DNA of 64,000 nucleotides from Orbicella franksi (Eukaryota): NCBI GenBank assembly GCA_964199315.1, contig OZ116699.1, positions 992,001 to 1,056,000 of the forward strand, read 5' to 3'. Shown piece by piece: positions 46,113 to 58,456 of this stretch (position 1 is its first letter; each line of letters starts with the position of its first letter). The notes under the pieces were generated by a model. It saw only the letters and a program-made list of their open reading frames with translations, ran no database searches and was not told where the DNA came from. The position numbers and the translations under genes were made by a program.

Positions 46113-48738
46113 CTACAGATCCAAGTCCTGTTCGATGTCTTCAAGATCTTCATCCGAGTCTGAGACAACTAAAAAGGAAAGAAATATGACTGAATTGAAT
46201 TACAGAGAATGGAACCGAATGACAATATGAGTAATGAATAAGGAATTTACTGAATAACTGTTGTTGCTAAGCAACATGATAGATGATAGTCATTAACATT
46301 ATCATAAGCTCAAATTCAGAATGTACTTTTAAACTGGGAGGTAGTGGTTTGATAGTCATGAAATTAAGGGCGTATTTCATAGAAGAAATACCATGCATCG
46401 GTATACATGTGCACATGCTCGCCGTGTTCGTAAATGACAGTTACTGATTCTTAGAGTGTTAAATGGTTTCCCGAAAGAAGAAAACAAAAGCATTTCAGTT
46501 TTTCTCACCTGTGGACATAACATCTATTTCTCCAAGTACCAATTGAAGTTGGTTTACTGTTTCTATCGAGTCTCGTCGAGGTCCTAGAAGAAAAAAAAAC
46601 ACTCACGATAAGAGTCATAACACATGAAGCAGTTTAAAAGAAACCAAGGAAGGCGTATTACCTTGTCTATTTTCCTCAGCACTTGGAGTCCTCGAGTCTT
46701 TATGGCTCACACTTTGTCGCCGTACTTTTATTTCTGGTAACTTAATTTTATTTTTTGTCCCAACATTTATCATTTTGTCTACCAACGTAGCTCTTTTCAT
46801 GGCATTTCTCCAAATGACTCGTAACTTTTGTTTAGCGTGATGCGTGACTCCAGATTGCGTGTCTTCTTGTCCATCCTCGGGCAGACCATACGCGTGGCGT
46901 GACACTCTGGGACATTCTAATGCATTAATACTCACGTAAGATCTTCTGTGACGCCGTTCTTTGTCTTTAGAAAACCTGTCTCTTAACCGTTTAAGTTCTG
47001 ATCTGTTCCTTGTGTCCTCTTCTTGTCTTCTTTTATACTCTCTCAAGCTGCAGTCTATTTCAGAGTGCAGAGTCTTAGTTTGCAGTGAGTCAATACTGTT
47101 TTTTAATCTTTGAGCTCTCATAGTTCTATCGGTAGAATTGGCATAGATTCCTTTGAGCCGCTTAAACAACATCGCTTCTTTTTCATTCATTGCGACAACT
47201 TCAGTTTTCTTGTGGGCAGACGTCAAGCCAGTGTTTGTCAAGGGACTTCGTCCTTTGGTTGTACAACCTTTTGAGTGGACATTTGTTTGTTGTGCACGAA
47301 CTCCGGCCCAGCTCTTGGCCCAAGATGGCTGTTCTTTTTCGCTTACGTCGGTTCTAATCCCCACCTTTCTGTTTCCTGGACGAGTCTGGTCTTTGATCGG
47401 TGGAAGATTTTTAAGACGAATGGATTCCGAGGTGGACACCGCTCGTCTGTTATTAATACCCATTTCTAAAGTGGAAACTGTAAAGTAGAAATTTTACTTA
47501 GTTGCATGGCTATGAAAGGTAGAGACCACGAGAACCCGGGGGAGGACTCCCAGTTAAAAAGGACAGGCGTATTCGTCGAAAATTTTTTAAAAGAATCCCC
47601 AAGAGGTACCAAGATCCTGTTTTGTGGGCGTGGCTTGAAGGTTTTTTCACCCTTAAGAGGTACCAACTCTAAAACAACACAATATCTCCTGTCATATTTT
47701 TTTTTTCAGCTCAATACTCCAAAAGGTACTGCAAACGCTCCTGCTTTGGACCTTTTGACGTTCAACACCATAGAGTTACCAAAACCGCTTTGTCGATCCC
47801 TAAAAGGCACGACGAGCACCCCAGTCCTTTTTGCATGTCCCCCCGGACACGAGAAGCGTCCCCCTTTTCCTTAAAAGGAACTAACGATAAACAGGGGCTG
47901 TACGCTCCTCGTTTAATAATAGTCAATACCACAACAAAATAACAGTATTCTGGTAAAATAGACTCTCACTTCGCCTGCTCAATTTAGCCCCATTGAGACT
48001 GGTGTCTGAGATTCAAGATAAAAAAAATTGTCTATCGATGGCAGAGCTATACAGTTATACGTGTAGCCTCTCTGGTTGTCTTTTATTTGCGCGCAGAAAT
48101 TCAAATCAACCAATCAGAGGCATGGATCTCTATAGAGTTACGTCACCAGTATGGAATTCTTCGGGTCCAGTCTCACACTCTCTCGAGTGGGGAAAACTGA
48201 AGCGCGCAGGCGTTAAGTCAGGCCTTTGTTTCTTTAGTTTCAAGAGGCCAGTCCAGTCTCTGGTTCGGGGAAGCGAGATACTTGTAAGTACCAGCCTCAG
48301 AGAGCCATTCATTTAATTCACACATATTCCTTCTACAGAATAGGGTAATGAGTTCTAAATGCTGATAGCTATTAATGAGCGGGCGCTGGAAATGCCTGTA
48401 CTACGAAACTAAACTAACCAAACTAAACTGGACTCACGTTAACCTTGTTCCTAGGCTGGAAGGAGAGGCAAACATAAAAAAAACCCTGGGAACAAGCTTG
48501 AAATAAACTAAATTAAACTTAACTAAGCTAAACTAAACTTCATTCCTTTTAGCCAAAAGGTTGTTTAATGCCAAATGTTATTAAAAGACACACGTAGTTT
48601 CATATTGAGGGGAGCTTCATGGCAACTTTGGTTATTAGGGAAAAAGAATGTTTACTTACGTCCAGCGGGTCTGGAGTTGAGCCAGCTTCTAGTGGCAGTG
48701 CCCGGCACGACCACGGGACGGTGCCTCTGAAACGACAT
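46113..48738 (-). CDS. Uncharacterised protein, ~337 aa, 4 exons; basic body with probable coiled coil and acidic C-terminal tail
   Basis: Exons 48738-48660 (donor GTAAGT), 47465-46662 (donor GTAATA), 46583-46509 (donor GTGAGA) and 46168-46113. All introns are phase 1 and join in frame, ending ..GPRRDSIETVNQLQLVLGEIDVMSTVVSDSDEDLEDIEQDLDL*. AATAAA at 45974-45969. Exon 1 is the least certain. Confidence 0.75.
46263..46275. promoter_or_regulatory. RFX X-box
   Basis: GTTGCTAAGCAAC in the last intron of the orphan gene. Confidence 0.5.
47535..47846. mobile_element. MITE in the first intron of the orphan gene
   Basis: Imperfect inverted ends: CCCGGGGGAGGACTCCCAGTTAAAAAGGACAGGCGTATTCGTCG and CGACGAGCACCCCAGTCCTTTTTGCATGTCCCCCCGG. 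Confidence 0.75.
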
Positions 48739-49236
48739 CCAGGCTTCCCACGTTTCCTTCACCTGGTAGTTTTGGCAACTAAACGAGAGACAATTGTACG
48801 ATAATCAGCTATTGGATGGAAAAGAATCTTACTGAGACTTGTTAAAAGACTTATTACATTTGAGATGGCTTAGCTATAACAACCTTCGGACGACTGAGGA
48901 TAATAAGAAAATGTCGGGCGAAACAGTTGGGATGACCAAGTTTTTGGTCTGGTCTTATTCGGCCCTCTCCATCCTCACTCATACATCTTTTTCCATTTTA
49001 GCTTATGTTATTACCTCTGCTTGCAATGATTTAGTTTTCAGTAGAGCCGAAAAAAAAGTAACAAAACCTGGGAGATATTAAAAAAAAACAGCGCTTGTCT
49101 TGTGTCTTGTCCAAAAGCAACCGATCCGAATTCTTCCAAAAGTAACGGCGTGGCATGAAAGCACGTCAATAATTTCAAACACTCTGACGCGAGCTTCAAG
49201 CTCGAAGCTCGTGCAAGATTAACTTAATAAAATAAA

Positions 49237-49543
49237 ATGTCGAGCAACAGTTTGGTATTAATTTGTTTGTTTGCTTGTTTTATTCAGTAACAGTGTTTTT
49301 CCTGTTGAAGGTAAATTTGCACTCGACATACCGCGAAAACTGACTCGATCTATGTCCTGAAGAATGACGTCAATTAAATTGTGATCTACATCCACTTTCT
49401 TCCCAGAATGTGAACAGCACAAAGCTACGTGTACAGGTTATGAGAATACAGCAGCCGATCACTAAGGGCCAATTCTCTCGTTTATCCCAGGAAAGAATTG
49501 CATAACCCATGGCATGTTCGGACACATTTCCTGCAAATATTAA
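49237..49543 (+). pseudogene. Possible disrupted small secreted Cys-containing peptide gene
   Basis: ATG at 49237 starts a hydrophobic leader, with donor GTAAAT at 49311 and acceptor CTTTCTTCCCAG at 49406. The frame works only if one T is removed from the run at 49278-49281. Confidence 0.3.
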
Positions 49544-52500
49544 TCACCGCCGATATTGCAAGCTTTTCACGAAGTACCCCGAACTTTGACCTTATTTCAA
49601 CGTTATTTTCACAATGAAATGTGATAACATCCAAGTTATTCTTTCTCAATTTGTCCGCCGCAGGGTGTTAACTCAATCGAAACCACAATTACACTTCCTT
49701 GTAGTGTCAATAATAAAAATATTCACTTCTATGTGATATATACCAGTTAGTTACTTCACCTGTATTGTCAGTTTAGGGGATATTCCATATACCACTACGA
49801 TCTTTAAGGCCTTCGTTTTGAAGGTATTAGCCTTTCTCCTACACGTAAAAACTAACTGGCTCCCGAGAATGTGTAAAATAAATGAGCGAACACTGGAATG
49901 GAGTAAATCGATTGGCACAGGAAATGCTCTGTAGCCTCTTCGTCGAGCGTACATTTCTATCTACTATATATTTTCTAAAATATACACTGAAGAACAGAAA
50001 CTAGTGTAATTTAACAGATCTACCGAAATAATAGATTCCAAACATTGTAGCTATCGTTTTAAGCTCAGTTTAAGTCTTAAAGATAGCCACCTATATCAAA
50101 CGATAAGTCAGGAAAAGTTTGAGAAAGAAGAAATTTGCATATGTCTGCTTTCTAGAACGTTAGCGATGCTGCTTTTCAGGGTTAAATAGGTTTTAAGAAA
50201 AACACGTTAAGGAAAAGAAATTCTTAAAAAAAAAGTAAAGAGAGCGATCATTTCATTTCCATCAATTTTCCGACAAACACACTAACACACTCATCTCACA
50301 ATCGGAGACGAATGTTTGAATATTGTCGTCTTAGCATGTATTTGGTGCTCTAATGAAAGTTTAGTGCTTTTTGTTCTGAGTGAATGCAATTTTGCATGCA
50401 GTAATATTCTCCATACCTAGTAAAGCTGGCTGATATCTCCCAGCAAGGTTTCATAGCTGACTTTTCCCCACATTCTAACTGATAGTCCAACTTTAATGTG
50501 TAGAAATATCAACAACGAAATCAACACAATACTATATCTACGTCCTCGCATTGTTAGTAAATAATTTACCGTAATGTCTAGCTATGTGTTTAGTATTATT
50601 TGTTGATATTCCCAGAAGAACAAACATTCTTGGACCACTTCAAAGCAGAAAGCAAAGAGAAAGAATTTTCCTCAGTCTGAGAACTGCTTAAATCCGCGAG
50701 GAATTGTTATGATTTTAGCTCAAAGACTGAAGCAACACTCGCTTGCTTGGATAATCATTTTGCAGTTCAATAATCTCAAATTATTTCAAGGATTTACCTT
50801 TGAAGATTTCACGAATCATGGTGAACAAACTGCCTCATTCCGAGCTTTCCAGATAACTTCAAACTCCAATCATATGAAGGCCAGCTTCCTCAGAGCAGCT
50901 CGCTGCGTTCTTAGTTTTCGCGATGAGCCAAAAGAAACCCTGTTGTCTTTAATACTAAATATACATCACTTGTATTTATTCAGCAATAAGTGTTTGGGAT
51001 CCACGCAACGGGGTCAAACAAAGAAATTTCACCGAGGCATGCAAATTAGGAATTATTACAAACAATTACAATCACTATACGTGTACCATGATTGACCCGT
51101 GATTGTCTTGCCGCTTGGCTTGACACAGCGCTCATAAAAGCACCAATATCATAGTTCCCAAAAGGATTCATCGCTAAAAGAGCACGGCCTGATGAGTTAT
51201 ATGGCGTAATTTTAACAAGAAAGACCGAAGTCTCGCGTTTTATTTTCGTGCGACAACTTTTTTAATTTCATAACAGCGTTTAGGCATATCTACCCCAGTA
51301 TCAGGCTGTAGCCATGCTATTTCAGGCCCAGTTTTAACGTTGCTGCCCAATATACGCCATATCGTATTATTTTAAACAGGTTTTATCGAGTAATATATAC
51401 CATCCACTGTATATTGTTTCTCAGTCAGAAATAGAACTGCAATTTGGCTTACACGGTGACGTCAAAAGGCGTTCTTGTCGATTAACTTGCTATTTTTGAC
51501 ATAGCCGGGGCCAACAACTTTTCACCTAAGTTCTTTTTCTCTCTTTCGCTTTTTGTTTAGAGCAAAATACACCTAAACAAGAAAAACTCAAAGCCGTGAT
51601 TGGTGAAATCGAGTAACCCAATTCTGGAAATCTGAAGGTTTCTGTTGGCTTCCTCAAAATTGCCTGTCTCAATGTTTTCACCACCGTGTAAATTTTAATT
51701 TTCGGAAGTTGACAGAAAAGCTAACGAATTAATCTGTCCGGATTTGCTTGCGACGGCTCATATGGGTTTTCAGCTGCGAATTACCTTCCTAATGTTAGCT
51801 AACCAATAATCTTTCCTCCTCGAAATATCTTGTTGACAACTACCACAATGGCCAAGATAAAATACGGTCAAAGGTTCTTATGAAGTTTAATGCGAATACA
51901 GTTGCATAATTGCATACAGTCTGCCGACAGAGTAAAGCCGGATGTGTATTGAGCCACATTAAAAGCACGAAAGATCTCTCTTTTTTTCCAATTTTAGAGG
52001 GAATGGATTAATATAACCATCGGAGAAGTAACACTGAGGTGCAACTAGATCTCGCTCGAAATATAAATTTTCCTTACCCTGGGCTCCTGTCGCCACTGAT
52101 TACCTTAGGTTTCTTCTACTATCAGGTCTGAGAAATTGGAAGTTTATCAAGACAATATCTCCTTCAGAACTCATTTATCTGTCTGCTCATTGTAAAGAGA
52201 GAATGGCTGTCGATCATGTTAGCTAAAATAATTCGTTAGCTTATAGCAGAACACACAATGAATTTAAAACGCTTGTTTCATTAAGCGTTTATTGAAATTA
52301 TTGTAATGAAGTATTTTGCAAAACAAGGGTTTCTTTTTATACCGTAAGACGTTTGTTCTCAACACTGCTCAAATCGGAGGCATGTGGAGAGTCTGGTAAG
52401 ACCTGGTACCCAACGCCGCTACTGAAACATGACAAACTCGATTCCTCTAAAAAACAAAGTTATCAACTTGCAAAGAGATAAAAGTCCACTGCAATTATTT

Positions 52501-55092
52501 GATTGGTAATACCACATTACTACCTTCGAGGTTGAGAAATGGAAAAAAGTCGCCGAATTCTTGGAAAACTTATAATCCTGTGGAACAGATCCTGCAAGAA
52601 TGAAATTTTGGTATCTCCGTGGCAAGAATACAGTTATGTTGTAGAATTCTAACTGATCCGTTTTGCTGGTAGTAAAACTTCGCTCACAGGCTGCTAAATC
52701 TGCTTACCTTTGATGGCAAACTATTCGCATGGCAAAGGCCCCTGTTTTCTTCTCCATTTATACATATAAATCATTTTACAAAACATCTTAGCTAAACTGC
52801 GTACACAACCGGGACTTGCAATCGGATTAACACTTTCAATACCATTATCGGGACTTCAATGTTTGTGTCTGGGGGTTTTTGGTGGGGATTAACGTAGAAA
52901 CGTCGTGACTGGTTTATTATTTTGATTTGGTATTAAAGATCACGATGTTGTGTCACTATATTTTCTTATTGGATCTCTTTATTTCTCTCTTAGCACAAGA
53001 GAAGTCACTGTACAAGTTAGTTGTCATAACACGCATGATCTTTGTCCAATCCTCTTTGAAAAACAATTTTCTTTTTACTAGCTCCTGCACAAGACAGACT
53101 TCGCAATTTTGTCGATGCAACTTAATAAGTATTTGACATTTAAGCCTCCTGACTTCTCTTCATGTTTGAATAAATGCCGGAATTTTCCAACATGAAAGGA
53201 TTTTGAAAGAGCTCTTTACAACGAATTTTATAGGGATTATCCGAAATGACCTCTGCCAAAAGTTCAAAATGAGCTGACAACAGTGATTAGGAGGATATCT
53301 TGCTCAGATTACTGAAAAAGACCGACAAAAATTCCGGAAATTTAAGTTGGAAATCTTTAACGGTTCGGTTGTAGTGCTTCGAGATATTTCGTGTTTTCCT
53401 CTCCAGTTCCCAGTCCTTTGTGAATGACCACATGTTTGAAGCCGGCACAAATTGTAAAGCGGATGAACGAAGCATTTTTCAAAGGGAAGTCTTTGCTTCC
53501 GGCACTGATAAGCGGCCGTTATATCAAGAACGAAAAACATTTGTTTCCTATTTCCGTAGCTTCCTTTCATACTCGTTTCCGAGAAAAGGGTACACTATAC
53601 TAACATATTTCGGAATTTGTTAAGAAAATTCGTTGTAACAGATTCGTCGATTTTCTGTGTCAGTTAAAACAGCAATCTCAGAAAAAGTTGAACTTTCAAA
53701 CGATTTCCAATGAAGTCTCTGCGGTGTCACAGTGCATCATTGGGCTACGAAAAAGTTTGATGGAACTATTGATACGAAGCGTGGCTAAAATGTTATTTCA
53801 AGCTGTTATTTCACCTCTACAGATCACATATAACCCGCGCGTGAAATCTCAAGTAAGGTTGTAGAAACAAACACGCTTTGTCAACAAAGGCTGTAGCATT
53901 AACCTCAGAACGCAAGGGGTTTCTCTTATCATGGGCAAAAGAAGGTCTGCGCTCTCTGGCTATGCTCGCATCAGTAAAAACTCGTGAGATCTTGAATATA
54001 GGAAAAACTGCGATCGATAAGCGATATGTGCACTTATGAGGGAATATCGATGACATCTGTTCTGAGAGTCGATCTTTGTGGATAGAAACAATCAAAGAAG
54101 TACAGCTTTTGTTTTGAAACAATAACGGGTACATGTAAATCACATCTGTTGTGAATGACTTGCGAGAACGCACAACACAGCCGACAGATCATGACTTCTG
54201 CGAAGAATACTGTTGACAATTTCAGTTCGTCGCAAAATCTGGCAAGCAATTATCAAAGCAATAATCTGAAGCAGGGTTGTGTTAGGTGAACATAATCACT
54301 TAACGATGTCTGAAAATTCAGTCAACTGAAAAAGATACGATACTCATACATACATTTCAATCAGACGGGATCGTAAATTGCAACGCTGAAAGAGCACCGT
54401 GAATTCGACAATATCAACGTTTTATTATCCAACTGCAGCGAATACCGTCCAAATTTATAGTTATTTATTTTATTTGTACAGTAGAAAACCTGTTTGCCGG
54501 ACAGGTCGGGGCGCGCATGCAAAACTGTCACACTCTCCCTCTTTCCATTGATAAATTTATTGACTACAGCAGTAGGATAATAAATCTCTTTTTAGACGTT
54601 TTAGTGTGTACTATCGCTTTATATTTTTACTCGTTGTTTGTATTTTGACGAGCCCGTACAACTCGTAAAATACACAGCGATACTACACACCAAAACATCT
54701 AATACGATATATATATTTGGAGGAAAACAATCAACTTACTTTGAATGCACTGAGATGGACACATAAGTTCTTGGTCTTTGACTTTCTGTTGACATTTTTT
54801 TCTCAGTGTATCGGAAGCTGGATTCGACTCAGTCTACCAAATCACCTTGAAACTATGATTGGAACTTACGAAGCCCATTATTTCAAGACTACAGCTGCTA
54901 GTTTCAGGCGAAAGAAAGAAGAGCCACTACGCGAGTTTTCCACGTTTCTGTCAATGCTAATGAAACAGGACACGGTGCTTGAGTGGAATACAGATCAACT
55001 GGCACGTTTTACCTGACTGCGTTCATACCACAAGTGAATCAAATGATTCACATTTCCCCTTGGGGAAGTATGTACTTGTAATTGTGTCCTCT

Positions 55093-55105
55093 GTTGCTAG
55101 GTAAC
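55093..55105. promoter_or_regulatory. RFX X-box with an adjacent half-site
   Basis: GTTGCTAGGTAAC, followed within 20 bp by CCTAGCAAC. Confidence 0.4.
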
Positions 55106-56300
55106 GCCTAAATGCAACCTAGCAACGAACAAAATCCCAGGGGTACCAACGCTATTTAGAACTTGAGTGCACAGTTTTGGGCTGCCTCAGTGCCCCGTGA
55201 TTGTAAAAAATAAAGCAAAACTGCATAGTCTTTGGTGAAATCGCGTGATTAAATATTCGAGGTCGTGACACCGCCTCGTTTTTAATAAACACCCAGCCTT
55301 GATGTGTAAAATTGATTTTCCGGTCTACTGTAGCTTTCTTGGGCAAGTAATTACCAAGCCATTTTATTGACAAACTCGAAAGTACCTTACAAAACTCTTG
55401 ACAGCTTTGTTTGTGTTTCTTTTTTCTTGAACGTTTGAGCAATTAACGAACCAAGCCTTACAATAGTGAACAACGAAAGAACACAAAGAGTTTTCATTTG
55501 AACAGACAGATGGCGGAACGACATTATTTTTTAATCAGAGAGGTTCGTGCGCCAAAAAGACTAATCAGGGCTAATTGCACATGAGATTCCTCTCTGGCGT
55601 GAGAGATAAGACGACGCTAAGTCAACGTTACTAGAGTTTCATTAGACTGTAATACGAACGTTTTGAAACAGTGTAGTAAGCAAACAAACGACTTAACGAT
55701 GAAAAAAATCAAGGGCAAACATGCCAAGGGTTGTTTTGAAACCGTAAATTGCAAAGGCGTCATTCTGGTAAAAGAGGAGGAGATTACATGGATTAGCGCT
55801 AATGCTCACGACAGACCGAGAGACCGATAAAATGTAAGAGATTTTTTCGCCGTCCTTCTCGCACGATACATGTTTTTTGAACAAAAAAAAAGCCGGACCT
55901 GAAAAAAAATCGTCAAGGAGCAGAGTTAAAGCGCGGTTCGCTCTCCACCGCGCTGCAAACAAATTCAGGTCTAGCTGCAAATCGCATTGCAAAAGCCATT
56001 TCAGTGCGAAGGGTATAACCTAGCGTCAAAACGGGCATTGTTCAGACGGAAGAAGAGACAAATCGGAAGTAAAAGAACACGCGAGCGTTTACTTAAGGAA
56101 TGGTTGACAAGGTTTTTGTAAATGACTGCCTAGATTACATGAAATTCCATCTTATTCTCAAGATGACAGCTTACCGCAGATTTAATGTACGTTTCATTCT
56201 TGCACGCATACAAGCTGCGGAAGGAATCTGAACAGAAGAAACACAGTGTTCATGATGAGGCTCGTTAGGTTAGCCAGGGCAGTCGAACCAGGCGTAAAAC

Positions 56301-56406
56301 GGGGAAGACGGGAGGAAGATCGGAAATGGAACTGAGAGGGTGGGGAGACGGGGAGGGAAAACGGGGGTCAAAGGAGGGGGCTGGGAGACGGGGGTGGAAG
56401 GAGGGG
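56301..56406 (+). repeat. G-rich low-complexity tract with G-quadruplex potential
   Basis: At least nine runs of three or more G, with a repeated GGGAGACGGG-like motif. Confidence 0.7.
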
Positions 56407-58266
56407 CCCATTCCATGTTTACACCTACAACGCTGGTTACGTCAGATTGAAACGCGAGGGTGTTAGCCTATACACTCTATGCTGGTACTTGTTTTCTTTT
56501 AGCGAAATCTTAGTGTGCTGGGTTGATATAGTACAAAAGTACAAAAAGAATAAAGGAAGACAAGTCATTGAATTTTACAGAACGTTGTTATAAAACTTCT
56601 CAGTTACGAAACAAGAGGCAGATTGCTTACAAAGAATTCTGAAGTATGGACAAAGATTTCACGATGTCTAATTGGACGGAATAAAATGAGAAATTGACCA
56701 CCCATCCCCTATCCCCTCGAAACCGGCCGTTATCAAATAATTCGCGCGAAAATCAAGTCAAATCTGGGGTTTTATTAACCAAGAAAGCCTGTCAACTCGA
56801 TGCGTAATAATGTTTCCATAAATGTGCCGACAACTTGCTTTGAAGCGAAAACGCACCGAATGACATATTAAAAACAGTATGAAGATAGCTGGCTACGATT
56901 TTAAAAATCTAAATTCTTAAGTGGCAAGGGGGAAATGTACCTCATTTGCTTGTCCTCAATTGTGTCATTTAATTGAAGTCATGGCTCTGTTCCATGCGGG
57001 CAATACTTTACAAACAGACACTAATGAACAAATGAAATGGACATAAGTCAATATCAGGTACTACTGTACAAAGATGGTGAAACCATTTGTGTTTTAAAAT
57101 TTCAAATATCTAAACACGCCTGCGACCACTGAAAAACGCAGTGTTACAAATTAGCTAAATTTAAAGTTCCGATAGAATAAAACTCATTCCTTTTATCCCT
57201 AACAATGAAGTTTTCCTACCATCTGAAAATACCTGCTGTCGTGTAAAAGGGCCCGGATTTATTGGAGATTAATGACTATGTAGGACCTCGTAAACAGTAG
57301 TAATCGCATAGATCAATAAATGCACAAATTGTGTCTTAAATCTGTACTTATAAAGGACCTCTTTGAGTGTGTGAGGTTAACAAGATTTAGCTGCATACCC
57401 CAAGAGAAAAATCAACGTGATTCTATCGCTAAAGGGATAGGGGAAAGAAGGTTGTGAAATAGGTACAAAACGTTAATTTCTGGGAAACCCGTGACATGGC
57501 GGTATAGGAAGACTGGAACGCAGCCAGAAATAACGCCGAATGTTCTTCTGGGACTTTTGTTCCATTCCCAAAAGTTTGAATTTTTACATTTGCTTCTCGA
57601 TACTCTTTCAAACAGTCGCCGTGATTCATTCGACAGCACACCATCAAATGAAACAAGGGAGAATTTTTTTTCCGCGAGAAAGCGTCGTTCAGCGTCGGCC
57701 GGGCGGGCATGTGACAAGAAATTTTTCAAAAACATTGAAGTTGATATAAAAGGTCTCCGACACAATCAACACTCTCAGGTAAAACTGCGTAAAAACAAAA
57801 TAACAAGGTCCCTGATGGAAAGTGTTTGGGGTGAAATTCTAACTGTCTTGAGTGTTGGACACAAAACCTTTATCAGAAGAAATATTTCCCAAAATGTCTG
57901 ACCAGAATTTCGCTTCATCAATCCAGGGAGTGAAATTCAGTACGTCCAGTAATTAATTACATCCAAGATGAGTGGCCATCAAACAGATTGTTTGATTGAC
58001 AAAGTTTATGTCAAGATATATGTGCAGTTAATGGAGGAAAACTTCAACGACTAGTGAAATGGGCTACATTTTCCTTCTGGTAAAAAGTCTACGATAAATT
58101 GCGGAATAAAATACGCTATTAAAGCAGTGCACAAATGTCACGAATGAAAATGGTATTGTACATCTTTGTTTGATTGCCTGGTTCTTCCGTCACAGCGCGC
58201 GTCTGAAAACAATTCCCAGTTTTGTTTGGTTACAACACTGAACACTGTTTTACAAGTAACAACAGA

Positions 58267-58456
58267 TAGCCTGCGTAGTAGTCTTTTCCGTTTCCTTTCA
58301 GGCAAGCGGGAGTCGCGCGAACAGAGGTAACAAAAAAATTAGTGGCAGGAGGGAGGTTCCTAACTTTTTGCTCTCGCCCCATGCGTTCGGGCGACTTCCA
58401 CTTGGCTCACGGTTTCTCCCGCTTAGAGGAAACGGAAAAGACTGCTACGCAGGCTA
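58267..58456. mobile_element. 190-bp TA-flanked MITE
   Basis: 30-bp inverted ends TAGCCTGCGTAG(T/C)AGTCTTTTCCGTTTCCT with one mismatch. Confidence 0.9.

Noticed and set aside
48090-48215. CCAAT and CRE-like motifs as a promoter for the orphan gene
   Set aside because: The segment (AACCAATCAGA..CGTCACCAGTATGGAATT) resembles a common interspersed repeat, so the motifs are probably repeat-borne.
33220-51200. Other CTGATGA occurrences (e.g. ~33225, ~38157, ~51190)
   Set aside because: None is followed by a pairing stem II and GAAA..NUH with a closing stem I.
57412-57901. Overlapping ORFs of up to 136 aa
   Set aside because: No domain or splice support, and similar-length ORFs on both strands suggest chance or repeat sequence.
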